A stretch of 64,000 bases of DNA from Oligoflexia bacterium (GTDB taxonomy: Bacteria > Bdellovibrionota > UBA1018), in the NCBI GenBank assembly GCA_963758495.1, contig CAVWVI010000003.1, positions 1,184,001 through 1,248,000 on the forward strand, given 5' to 3'. Shown here in pieces: positions 50,039 to 59,792 of this stretch (positions are counted from its first letter, which is position 1; the number at the start of each line of letters is the position of its first letter). The notes below the pieces were generated by a model. The model saw nothing but the letters and a program-made list of their open reading frames with translations, was not told where the DNA came from and did not search any database. The translations under genes were made by a program, and so were the position numbers.

Positions 50039-51817
50039 CTACCGCGTTAATTGAATCTGCTGAAGTCTCCCGAGAAGCTCCGCCGAAGTGGGTCTTCGAT
50101 CCGGGTCAGGCTGGATCGCATCCATTGCGAGCTTAAGGAGTGATTTATTGAATTTATCTGTTCTTTCATCTTCGATCCAAGCTTGAAGCTGTTCAGATGT
50201 TTGATGGACAACCCCACTGTAGCATCTTTGAACTTTGACTTTATCTTCCTCTTTCGTCCGACCTTTGCTGGACTCTTTATATTCACAGCTCTCTAGACCG
50301 ATCGCAAGTTCTTTTGTAGGACGAAAACGGTCTTTCATTTTGGCAGGGAACAGCTCATCTGCAAGCATCACTCCCACTGCGAACACATCTCTTTTTAATG
50401 CTCTTGTGGCTTTTGTTTGGGCGTCACCACTTCCTAGACCATAAGAAAGGCATTCGGGAGAAAGATATCCCGGTGTTCCATCGCAGGGCATAGGACCTCG
50501 TAAGTTTTCAGGTTTGGATAGATCAACCGCTAATCCAAAGTCATTGATCACTGTTTCCCGATCATTCACCAACACATTTTCTTTTTTTAGATCTGAATGG
50601 AGGATCTTTGCATGATGTAAATTGACCACCCCTTGAAGCATTTGATTGAAGTAAAGCAGTTTGTGCCGGAGAGCCTCTTTTTCGCTTATGTTAAGATTCC
50701 TATCTATTGTCTTGAAAACATTTTTCATTTCTCCCTGTTCATAGAGAGGAGAGGCTACTTTTTTTCGGAGACTGCCATCCGGTTGTTTTATCAAAATCAC
50801 ACGGGAGTGAATGATCCCTGTCTTATTTGAAATATTTTGAATTTTATTAATAAAATACTCTTCTCTCTCCATTTCAATCCTGTTGAGTTCGTTGTTCTTC
50901 CCGTAAGCCCCCGACACTGCGATGGGCTGAAAAGCTCCATTAATCAGTACAAGCTCTCGTAGAGCGGTTTTAAACCCACCCTCCCCAAGGACTCGACCGG
51001 GATCACTCTTAATGTCCAAATAGAGTTCACCGTCTGCACCAGCCTCCCAAATGCCGAAACTCCCTTTTGAATCGAGTCGTAAAATAGGTGTTCGAATTCT
51101 ATCCAGAGTTCCTGCTTTGTGGCTTCTTCTAAAACGTAGAAGCGCCTCCCGTGTGACTTCAGGATCAAAATCCACACCTCGGGACGTGAGGTATTTCTCA
51201 AGACTTTGATACATTCTATTGAAGCTGGCGTCATCACACGCACCCTGTTTGCTCCGATCGAAGATTTCAGCAATCAGGGAATTCGGCCCCTGTTGGGCGT
51301 CAAGATAACCCTGAAGAGCAATCATCGGATCATCTTTTTCAGAATTGATTCTTTGTTTTTCCGCTAAAAGATGAGCATCTTTAAATTTTTCTTTTAAGAT
51401 CAGGGCTTCGAACGCTTTACCAAAGTAATCATTAGCTTTTTGCTCATAGGGTCTTTCACCTTTTAAAAATTCAATGATGCCGACTTTATTTTTAAAAGAT
51501 TTATTGTCCAGATACATCCAACCCTTGGCATTGAGGATTCTTTCTAGATAGTCGTAGAGGTCATATTTTTCAGTCTCTGTAAGCTTCTTATTGTTTTTTA
51601 ATTCATCGTTGATAGCCTGTTCAGCCTTAAGAAAATGGTTTTTGGCAGCTTCCCAATAGATCTTAAATAGCTCTGGGTTACCTTCAGCGGCCTTTAACTT
51701 TCCTGCTGTGTCAATTGCCCAAGCGTATGAAGTGTCGGCATTTCCTAGATTCGAGAATGCAGGTGCTGAAATTGAAAAAATGAATAGCTGAATTAAAACT
51801 ATATATTTTATTTTCAA
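50039..51817 (-). CDS. Secreted Hanks-type protein kinase
   Basis: Signal peptide ending AFS; LGEGGFK, HSDLKKEN, DFG, GTPGYLSPE, DVFAVG, RRPT. Confidence 0.85.
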   Translation of the reverse strand: MKIKYIVLIQLFIFSISAPAFSNLGNADTSYAWAIDTAGKLKAAEGNPELFKIYWEAAKNHFLKAEQAINDELKNNKKLTETEKYDLYDYLERILNAKGWMYLDNKSFKNKVGIIEFLKGERPYEQKANDYFGKAFEALILKEKFKDAHLLAEKQRINSEKDDPMIALQGYLDAQQGPNSLIAEIFDRSKQGACDDASFNRMYQSLEKYLTSRGVDFDPEVTREALLRFRRSHKAGTLDRIRTPILRLDSKGSFGIWEAGADGELYLDIKSDPGRVLGEGGFKTALRELVLINGAFQPIAVSGAYGKNNELNRIEMEREEYFINKIQNISNKTGIIHSRVILIKQPDGSLRKKVASPLYEQGEMKNVFKTIDRNLNISEKEALRHKLLYFNQMLQGVVNLHHAKILHSDLKKENVLVNDRETVINDFGLAVDLSKPENLRGPMPCDGTPGYLSPECLSYGLGSGDAQTKATRALKRDVFAVGVMLADELFPAKMKDRFRPTKELAIGLESCEYKESSKGRTKEEDKVKVQRCYSGVVHQTSEQLQAWIEDERTDKFNKSLLKLAMDAIQPDPDRRPTSAELLGRLQQIQLTR

Positions 51818-51950
51818 TGGAAGTTACCCCAGGTCTTTATAGTATCAACACTGTGTAACTAATCAATTTTTGAGTGGGGTTAATTTAGATGAAAGGCTAT
51901 AAATGAAGAGCTATGTTGAAATTATCCAATAATATCAACTTATTGAGAAA

Positions 51951-52880
51951 TTACCGTAGAATCAAAGGCAACGACTGCTTCCGGCCCCGAAGGCCATTTA
52001 AAAACCCACCGGCATCCACTTCCTTTTTTCCATCCCATTGAACAGTCAGAAGCTCCAAGGAACCTTCTTTACAACCTAAAAGAACCATCCCCGCTCTTTC
52101 GAAGATTTGACCCTGATTCCCCTGGATATTCTTACGAACACGAACTTTTTTAATCTTCAGTCTCTCCCCTACATTTACACTTGTGCCTGGCCATGGATTC
52201 AAGGCACGAACTCGACGATCGAGTACTTCTGCAGACTCTTCTGAATTGAGAAATTCCATTTCTTTTGTGAGTTTTGCAGCGTAGGTCACTATCGATTCGT
52301 TCTGCGCTATTCCTTTTAAACTACCGTTCTCTAAGCCCTGAAGGGTAGGAATAATCAATTCAGCCCCCATCAAAGATAATCGATCATGAAGAATCTCTGC
52401 GGTGTCATCCGCTTGAATCGGGGTTTTTGCTTGAAGAAGAATATCGCCTGCATCTAATTTTTCAACCAGCCGCATCGTTGTGACGCCTGATTCTGAATCT
52501 CCTCCTAAGATTGCCCACTGAATAGGCGCAGCCCCTCTCCAACGAGGAAGCAGAGAGGAATGAATATTCACACATCCCAATCGAGACAATTCTAGAACAT
52601 TTTTTCTTAAAATTTGACCATAGGCAACAACCACAATGACATCAGGATTCAGCTCTTGCAGCTTTTCATATTCACCTGCCATAGAAAGCTTTTCAGGTTG
52701 AAATACCGGCAATCCTAATTCAGTCGCCTTTTTCTTCACCGCCGATGCTTTTAAATCGAGGCCCCGGCCTACTGGCTTGTCGGGTTGAGTATACACAGCA
52801 ACAATATTAAATTCTTTATGAATTGCCTCAAGAGAAGGAACAGCAAACTCAGGGGTCCCCATAAAAACGACTCGTAACAT
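51951..52880 (-). CDS. fmt: Methionyl-tRNA formyltransferase
   Basis: FMGTPEFA, TQPDKP.GRG, NIHSSLLPRWRGAAPI. Confidence 0.97.
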   Translation of the reverse strand: MLRVVFMGTPEFAVPSLEAIHKEFNIVAVYTQPDKPVGRGLDLKASAVKKKATELGLPVFQPEKLSMAGEYEKLQELNPDVIVVVAYGQILRKNVLELSRLGCVNIHSSLLPRWRGAAPIQWAILGGDSESGVTTMRLVEKLDAGDILLQAKTPIQADDTAEILHDRLSLMGAELIIPTLQGLENGSLKGIAQNESIVTYAAKLTKEMEFLNSEESAEVLDRRVRALNPWPGTSVNVGERLKIKKVRVRKNIQGNQGQIFERAGMVLLGCKEGSLELLTVQWDGKKEVDAGGFLNGLRGRKQSLPLILR

Positions 52881-52883
52881 GAA

Positions 52884-53540
52884 TTAAAACCCCTTCACTT
52901 TTTTCTTGGATGTCCCAACTGGGCCATGAGCTGCGTTATGATCCGCGCGATTAAAAGGATCATCCTCCATTTCACGACTTAAACGTTCTTGTTTGAGTTT
53001 CTTTTTAATCATCTCTTTTTTCAACGGACTCAAGCGATCAATAAAAAGCTTTCCGTCCAGATGATCCATTTCGTGTTGAATAGCAACCGCCAACAACCCT
53101 TCCGCAGTCAGGGTTCGAGTCACACCATCAATATCCTGATATCTCAGTTTTAATTTCTCGGATCGCTTCACTTCGGCAGAATATTCAGGAACAGATAAGC
53201 AACCTTCTGAAAATAAAATACTCCCCTCGCGGTGAATGATTTCTGGATTGATAATAATTTCTGGCTTTTTATTCTTAATGATATTCTTGCCAATCACTTC
53301 CCCGCCCTGGCGGCTCTCTTCCGTGTCTGGCAGATCCTCTAAGTCATAATCTACATCTATCACTAAAATTCGATCCAAAATTCCCACTTGATTTGCAGCC
53401 AACCCAATACCTGGCGCATCGTACATGGTCTCAAGCATATCGTCTGCTAAGCGATAAAAAGACTTTTCAACTCGTTGAATTGGCTTTGCTTTTTGTGCCA
53501 AGACGTGATCTGGAAATGTATATATTTTTAATTTTGCCAT
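52884..53540 (-). CDS. def: Peptide deformylase
   Basis: GIGLAANQ, EGCLS, QHEMDH; start moved to MAKLK. Confidence 0.97.
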   Translation of the reverse strand: MAKLKIYTFPDHVLAQKAKPIQRVEKSFYRLADDMLETMYDAPGIGLAANQVGILDRILVIDVDYDLEDLPDTEESRQGGEVIGKNIIKNKKPEIIINPEIIHREGSILFSEGCLSVPEYSAEVKRSEKLKLRYQDIDGVTRTLTAEGLLAVAIQHEMDHLDGKLFIDRLSPLKKEMIKKKLKQERLSREMEDDPFNRADHNAAHGPVGTSKKKVKGF

Positions 53541-53632
53541 TTTTGTTTGACTCGACCTTCGCGGTAAGACCAATAACTAACAAAATCCAAGCGGAAAATC
53601 AAAACAATAGCCCCACGCTTCCTGATGGCGCC

Positions 53633-53941
53633 TCACATTTCGTCCTGAATGAGTTTAAAGAAGTTCCGCATAAATCCTAAAGAATAAAGGGGAATATTTA
53701 ACATTTTTTTATCTAATTTTAGATTTAACTGACTCGTCCGAATTAATAAGGGAGGTGAATATTTTTTTTCGTACTCAGTAATACTTTTATTTTTGGTGTT
53801 TTTACCTGATTTCACTTCCAATGGGAGAATCGTTTCAGCTTTTTTCAATACTGTAGAGATGAGGAAATCTACTTCAGCAGTTCCACGACTTGCCCAATAA
53901 TTGAGAGGTTGTTGCAAATGAACAGATAGCTCTTGGGCCAC
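53633..53941 (-). pseudogene. C-terminal fragment of an AAA/DUF4143 ATPase
   Basis: QEL......YW.....AEVDF...PLEVKSG...NIPLY, with no ATPase domain upstream. Confidence 0.72.
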
Positions 53942-54072
53942 TAAGTTTACTAAAACGTGGTAAATATCACAATATTCCTTAGAAAAATGTGAACTATATG
54001 AAATTAAAAGATAATTATTAAAATAACTTAGGGCATTAGCACCTGAATAGCTCTTCTATAAAATTAACTTCC

Positions 54073-55146
54073 TTACTTCCTTCTCAGAACCAGACCCCCA
54101 GCTAAAAGTATAAACAAACTACTCGGTAACCATGCTGCGACCCAAGGAAGAAAGACTCCCTTAGTTCCCAAGGACAAGCTCACTGAGTAAGAAAGCCAGT
54201 ATAAAAATGTAACTCCGAGGCAAAGTCCAAGATCCTTGGCGACTCCACCTTCTCGTCTCGCTCCCAACGAAAATGGCACCGCAAGGAAACACATCACAAT
54301 AGGTATAAAGCTCAGGCTAATTCGAGAATGAAATTTGACTTCATACGACCGTGTATCCGCTCCAGCATTTTTGATTCTCTGAATGTAGTGGTAAAGCTCT
54401 TTAAACTGTAAACCATCCACTTCTTTATCAATTTCCTGAAAGTCTTTTGGAGACTCTGAAATGATCATTTCTTTTTCTTTAAAACTTTTTGTCATAGGAA
54501 AAGGATTGTCGGGCGAAAATACTGTAACCGTACCCTCCATCATTTTCCAACCTTTTGGCGTGTATGCTGCCTGTTCAGCACCCACCACTTGAACCAAATT
54601 AAAATCCTCATCAAATGTATAAACTGACATTCCATGAATGGTTTTGGTTTGAACGTCAAACCGCTGCAAATTGTAAATTAAATTTTTTGATCGATACCAA
54701 ATTTTATCCCGCTTGATATCTAAAAAGAAATCAGGCCGTTTTTGCATTTCTCGCCAGTAATAATTCGTTCTAATTCGAAAAGCCGGAGGTAAAATCCGAT
54801 CCTCTGATACCAGAATCAAACAGCAGACAATAAAGACTATAGATAGGATCAGCGTCATCACCCGTTTGAGGCTGAATCCAATTGCATAGCAAGCAATCAA
54901 CTCTTGGGTTCTTGATAAACCAGACAGTGTAAGGACCGTGGCCAATAAGACCGCCGGGGGAAACATCTGCACAATGATCTGAGGGAGGTTCATCCAATGA
55001 TACAAAAGGATTTGATGTGTAGGGTAATTATGATCATAAAGGTCTGTAAACATTGACTGAAATAAAAAAAGCGCTCCCATCGAAACCACTCCTAAAAGTA
55101 GATTTTGAAGAAAGATCCCAGCAATGTAGCGATCGAGCGTTTTCAT
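54073..55146 (-). CDS. lptG: LPS export ABC permease LptG/LptF family
   Basis: LDRYI, EL.A..A.G.S, periplasmic beta-rich region, AAWLP; F/G assignment tentative. Confidence 0.85.
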   Translation of the reverse strand: MKTLDRYIAGIFLQNLLLGVVSMGALFLFQSMFTDLYDHNYPTHQILLYHWMNLPQIIVQMFPPAVLLATVLTLSGLSRTQELIACYAIGFSLKRVMTLILSIVFIVCCLILVSEDRILPPAFRIRTNYYWREMQKRPDFFLDIKRDKIWYRSKNLIYNLQRFDVQTKTIHGMSVYTFDEDFNLVQVVGAEQAAYTPKGWKMMEGTVTVFSPDNPFPMTKSFKEKEMIISESPKDFQEIDKEVDGLQFKELYHYIQRIKNAGADTRSYEVKFHSRISLSFIPIVMCFLAVPFSLGARREGGVAKDLGLCLGVTFLYWLSYSVSLSLGTKGVFLPWVAAWLPSSLFILLAGGLVLRRK

Positions 55147-55296
55147 AATGCAAAAAGCTTACAACTTTCTGACAAGAGACGACACCTCCGTTTTGCACTT
55201 CCCTGAGACGCTCGTCACGCGCAATGTCAGAACTGAAAACACCAAATACAGATAATTAATTTGATTATGTTTTTTGTGACAGTTATCTTGCCCACT

Positions 55297-56061
55297 ATGG
55301 CAGATAGTCATTCTTTAGTTTCTAATGTGTCTAAGTCTCGAAAAAGCTGGATTATTGAAAATGTTGTTTCATTAGGCCTAGCCCTTTTGATCGTATTCAT
55401 GATCCGTTCAAGCATTATCGAGGCTTTCAAAATTCCCTCTGGCTCTATGATTCCCACCCTCTTGATTGGGGACCATATTTTTGTAAATAAATTTGCTTAT
55501 GGTTTCAAAATTCCATTTTCAGATTTAGTCACCGACCACCCGATTTATGTTCTCAAGCGCGATCCACCTAAGCGGGGTGATGTGATCGTATTCATGTATC
55601 CAAAGGACGAAAGTTTTTACTATATCAAACGAGTCGTGGGCATCCCGGGTGATACAGTTGAGATCAGAAATAAGATCCTTTATATTAATCAAAAGATGGT
55701 TCAGAGGGACCTTGTCACAGGCCCCCCCGCTGAAAAGTTATTTAAAACCCTGGATGATCCTAAATATACTGCGGCGAACTTAGACCTTTATACAGAACAT
55801 CTTGACCATGCTGATCATATGATCATGTTAGATAAAACCAACTTTATGGGTGAAACGAATGGTCCGATTACCGTGCCATCGGAAAGCTTATTCGTCATGG
55901 GAGATAATCGAGATTTTTCGAATGACAGTCGTTTTTGGGGATTCGTTCCTATGCGAAATGTCAAAGGAAAGGCTGTCGTGATTTGGCTATCCCTTTGGGC
56001 AAGCTTTACGGATAGTCAGTTTATCTTTAGACCTGAAAGAATCGGCACGCTGCTTCACTAA
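55297..56061 (+). CDS. lepB: Signal peptidase I
   Basis: IPSGSMIPTL, YIKRVVG.PGD, GDNR..S.DSRFWG; start moved to MADSH. Confidence 0.96.
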   Translation: MADSHSLVSNVSKSRKSWIIENVVSLGLALLIVFMIRSSIIEAFKIPSGSMIPTLLIGDHIFVNKFAYGFKIPFSDLVTDHPIYVLKRDPPKRGDVIVFMYPKDESFYYIKRVVGIPGDTVEIRNKILYINQKMVQRDLVTGPPAEKLFKTLDDPKYTAANLDLYTEHLDHADHMIMLDKTNFMGETNGPITVPSESLFVMGDNRDFSNDSRFWGFVPMRNVKGKAVVIWLSLWASFTDSQFIFRPERIGTLLH

Positions 56062-56817
56062 TAGGTTTGTCAGGCAGTAACAGAAATAAGCGATAAAATC
56101 TAAAGTGAGGCCCATCATTTTTCTGATTCGATTAGGTAAATGATCTACTTTGGCCGCTACTCTTGGGCCTATATGATAATAGCCGAGTACAAACCCTCTC
56201 CCGACACTCGAGCGCTTTAAGACCTGATCTCTAAACTGACGAAGAGCCGGAAGGGTCGTTGGCTTTGTGACATCTATCAGTGAAGTCGCAATAAAGCAGC
56301 GTGCCACAGAAATCAGCTTATAAGCATTTTGAAAGTCACTCCGATGAAGGGGGCTGCCATAAGCTATGTATTTTCTTAATGATTCAGCACAAAGCGCTTG
56401 ATAAGGCATCCCTTTCGAAAAGGCGACGTATTTTTCAAGGTAGTGAGCAAATTCCCTGTGCTTATGGGATGATTGAGTGCGATCAAAAAGTTTAACAAGA
56501 TCCCAATAAATACCGCTGATCATGAGCATCTCAGAAAGATCCGCTTTTGCATCAAAACAAGCAGGAGTTAACCCACCTTCCCTCACTTGCTTGATTTCTT
56601 CCAAAACCCTCAAGTAAGACTGAAAAGCTTTTACCGCTTCCATGATCTTATGTCGATTATAGGCATCGATTCCGGCGCGAGCATACTCTAAGCGATGCGT
56701 TAGAAGTTTATGCCGTTGCTCTTTTTCTGCAATTTCAATTTTCTTTTCGACGCTTCTACGAACGTGATCAACAGATTTATCTTTATAAGATAAGGGGTTA
56801 TTTTTATTTTCAGCCAT
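55987..56817 (-). CDS. Helical protein with C-terminal CFI-box-CTERM-like domain
   Basis: CFIAT...LRQFRD.VL....GR.FV..YY..GP. Confidence 0.75.
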   Translation of the reverse strand: MAENKNNPLSYKDKSVDHVRRSVEKKIEIAEKEQRHKLLTHRLEYARAGIDAYNRHKIMEAVKAFQSYLRVLEEIKQVREGGLTPACFDAKADLSEMLMISGIYWDLVKLFDRTQSSHKHREFAHYLEKYVAFSKGMPYQALCAESLRKYIAYGSPLHRSDFQNAYKLISVARCFIATSLIDVTKPTTLPALRQFRDQVLKRSSVGRGFVLGYYHIGPRVAAKVDHLPNRIRKMMGLTLDFIAYFCYCLTNLLVKQRADSFRSKDKLTIRKACPKG

Positions 56818-56826
56818 TTATAAACA

Positions 56827-58911
56827 TTATATCCCATAAGGATCAATGTCGGCTATAAACTGCCACTTACGCTGTGCACAAACGCTTTTCGAAAAAGAAA
56901 CAGCTCTCTGTAAGATTTGAATATTCTTTGCTTTGAGTAATAAATCCCAGCGATAAATCCCTTTTATCTTTTCTAAAAAGGCTTCACTAGGACCTAATAA
57001 CTCTAAGGTACGATCGGATTGCAGTACAGGACTTATATTTTGATCAAAGATCTTCCTCAACTGTGTTGCAATCTCTTGGGCACGATTGAATGCCTCCTCT
57101 TTCGATGAGTTCTCAAACCTAAATCTAACCAATCGACCAAAAGGAGGGTAACCTAAAATTTGTCGCAGTTGACGTTCACCTTCAAGAAAGTCCTCTTCTA
57201 ATATCTGCCCTTGAATCACTTGAAGCACGGGATGATCCACATTAAAAGTTTGAATCATCACTTTTCCAGGCTTTTCTCCTCGCCCAGCCCTTCCTGCTAC
57301 TTGTTTTAGTATTTGCACTGCCCTCTCGGGCGCACGAAAATCCGGCCAACGAAAGAGAGAATCTGCCATCACCACCACAACTAAGGTGACTCCCGGAAAA
57401 TCATGACCTTTGACCAACATTTGGGTGCCTAAAAGAAGGTTCGCTTCACCTCGTCTAAATTCATCCAGGATCACACCCAACCGAGTGGCACTCGTAATTT
57501 GATCACGATCTAATCTCAAAATTTTTGCACCAGAGACTAACTTAGGGAGTTCTGTTTCTAAACTTTCCGTTCCTGCCCCCATCGCACGCAACTTTGGACT
57601 CTGACATTTATGACATAGATCAGGAATCCCTTCATGATGAGTACAGAGATGGCATCTCAACTGTAATTTCTTTTTATGAAGAGCAAGAGAAACAGAACAG
57701 TGCGGGCAACCTTTTACTTCTCCACAATCACTACAGAGCAGGAAAGAGGCAAAACCCCGACGATTTAAGTAGACGATCACTTGCCCACCTGCATCAATCG
57801 TTTCCTGAATTTTTTGTACAGTTCTACGAGCTAAGAGTGCTTGAGTGTTCGCAACTTTATCTTCAATTCTCAAGTCTACTATTTCAATCTGAGGCAATCC
57901 CCCCGAGGCAATGCGATGATCCAGAGTTGTCATTAAGTAACGTTTTTCTCGAACTCGTTCTTGTGTCTCAAGACTAGGCGTCGCGGACCCCAAGATGGTA
58001 AGCGAATTTGTAATTTTGGCTCGTACTACCGCTAAGTCACGGGCATGATATCGAACTCGATCTTCTTGTTTATAGGTAGGATCATGCTCTTCATCAACCA
58101 CTAACAAGCCGAGCTGCTGAACAGGAGCAAATACTGCCGATCTTGCACCCACGACTACTTTGACTTCACCACTCTGCAGGGCCGCAAGAAGATCACGCCG
58201 CTGTCCATTGGAAATTGCCGAATGCCAAAGTCCAACTGGAATTCCGAGCCCATCTTCAAATCGTCTATGAAGCTGGGGGGTCAGGGCAATTTCTGGAACC
58301 AAAATCAGAACACCCTTTCCCTCTTCGAGTGTTTTTTTAGCAAGCTCTATATAAATTTCTGTCTTTCCACTGCCGGTTACCCCTTTTAAAAGCACCACTT
58401 TTCCGAGCTTTTCTTGGCGAGCTTTCTCAAGGAACTCGACGGCCCCTTGCTGTTCAGACGTCAATACATGTGTGGAAGGATTTATGGACGGTGATGATCG
58501 TACGATGGGTCGCGGGCCTCTCTTCAGTTTTTTCTTTGCAAGGGAACTATGGCTTCCTGCGCCATTTAAAACTTCGCCCAGCGGGACACAGTAATATTCA
58601 TGGGCCCAACGACAAAGACTGAGAACATCCGCCGGAAAAACAGCGTCCGGATCACCCACTTCCAAAACCTCTTTGAGTTGATTGACGGACAAGCCCGCCG
58701 GAAGTTCTGATAACGGTCTAGGTGGCTCCACAATAAAGGCATGGGTAGCAGCATTTCCAAAACGCACCTTGACCCATCCCCCCACCTTAACCAACGGGAC
58801 CAGGTGCGCAGGCAATTTATAAGTAAAAAGCCCGTGCAATGGTCTTGGGATCGCAACAGAAATCATCTGAGGCGCTGAAGAATGAGAGAGATTACTATCG
58901 CATGATGTCAT
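56827..58911 (-). CDS. priA: Primosomal protein N'
   Basis: GVTGSGKTE, VPEIALTPQ, DEEHD, LNRRG, eight-Cys region, GTQM..KG.DF, QVAGRAGR. Confidence 0.96.
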   Translation of the reverse strand: MTSCDSNLSHSSAPQMISVAIPRPLHGLFTYKLPAHLVPLVKVGGWVKVRFGNAATHAFIVEPPRPLSELPAGLSVNQLKEVLEVGDPDAVFPADVLSLCRWAHEYYCVPLGEVLNGAGSHSSLAKKKLKRGPRPIVRSSPSINPSTHVLTSEQQGAVEFLEKARQEKLGKVVLLKGVTGSGKTEIYIELAKKTLEEGKGVLILVPEIALTPQLHRRFEDGLGIPVGLWHSAISNGQRRDLLAALQSGEVKVVVGARSAVFAPVQQLGLLVVDEEHDPTYKQEDRVRYHARDLAVVRAKITNSLTILGSATPSLETQERVREKRYLMTTLDHRIASGGLPQIEIVDLRIEDKVANTQALLARRTVQKIQETIDAGGQVIVYLNRRGFASFLLCSDCGEVKGCPHCSVSLALHKKKLQLRCHLCTHHEGIPDLCHKCQSPKLRAMGAGTESLETELPKLVSGAKILRLDRDQITSATRLGVILDEFRRGEANLLLGTQMLVKGHDFPGVTLVVVVMADSLFRWPDFRAPERAVQILKQVAGRAGRGEKPGKVMIQTFNVDHPVLQVIQGQILEEDFLEGERQLRQILGYPPFGRLVRFRFENSSKEEAFNRAQEIATQLRKIFDQNISPVLQSDRTLELLGPSEAFLEKIKGIYRWDLLLKAKNIQILQRAVSFSKSVCAQRKWQFIADIDPYGI

Positions 58912-59791
58912 AATAAATCCGAATTGAATCTCTCACCGCTGAAGCTATCGAATTTCCTGCTTCTGTATAACCGGGGTGAATAGGCGTCGATAAGAGATGA
59001 GCCGGATTTACATTAAAATCTATTAATTGACTAGAAAAGATAACTTCACTGGTCTTCTCTAAAGTTTTGGGAGTTTTGGGCGTTTTCAGAACTTTGATGA
59101 CCCTAGGGTACGGAAATTCTCTAAAAAAATGAAAATTTTCAAATTGAAAATCATAGACTTGCTCTAATTCAGTCGGATTCGTATAAATGATTCGCAGAGG
59201 TAAAAAGGTATCTTTCTGCATCCATAACTGTGGGGAAATTTGATCTTTTGGGCCTTGAGATCCAACCACCCATGCGACGCCGCCATTCCATCTGGCCATC
59301 ATTTTATTCTCAGTCTGGTTATTCTCAGTCTGAGTATTTTTAACCTGGTTATTTTCAGTCTGAGTTTGTAACCGCTCAGCACTTTGAGCTACGGAGTTAC
59401 TCTCCTCAGTTTGTACGGAAATTCCACTCTTGACTAAAGAAGCTATGACTTCGCTAGAATTAGAACTCAACACCATTTTCGCTGCAGTAGGCAAATCTTT
59501 TAATGATTTTTCGATAGAGTAAAGCCTTTTATCAGTGTCATCACTGACCCAACTCAAGAATATGTCCTTGTCGAAATCAATCAAGAACGTTTCTTTAAAG
59601 TGAACCTCTGTAGGCTTATTATTCTCATAAGCAGTCACAAGCGTTCTCACTTTGAGGGTCTTTATTGGAGCATGCTTTTTAACCCAACTTTTAACTAAAA
59701 ATGAAGAAGGAGGAATATAAGCGAATGCAGAAGAGGACCCCAATGCTATCATCCATACCAATCCGATTCCAATACAAGTCAGTCTTCTCAC
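58895..59791 (-). CDS. Exported hypothetical protein
   Basis: Signal peptide ending AFA; QLW..KDTFLPLR; short internal repeats (QTENNQ, KTP). Confidence 0.7.
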   Translation of the reverse strand: MRRLTCIGIGLVWMIALGSSSAFAYIPPSSFLVKSWVKKHAPIKTLKVRTLVTAYENNKPTEVHFKETFLIDFDKDIFLSWVSDDTDKRLYSIEKSLKDLPTAAKMVLSSNSSEVIASLVKSGISVQTEESNSVAQSAERLQTQTENNQVKNTQTENNQTENKMMARWNGGVAWVVGSQGPKDQISPQLWMQKDTFLPLRIIYTNPTELEQVYDFQFENFHFFREFPYPRVIKVLKTPKTPKTLEKTSEVIFSSQLIDFNVNPAHLLSTPIHPGYTEAGNSIASAVRDSIRIYYDIMR

Positions 59792-59792
59792 G

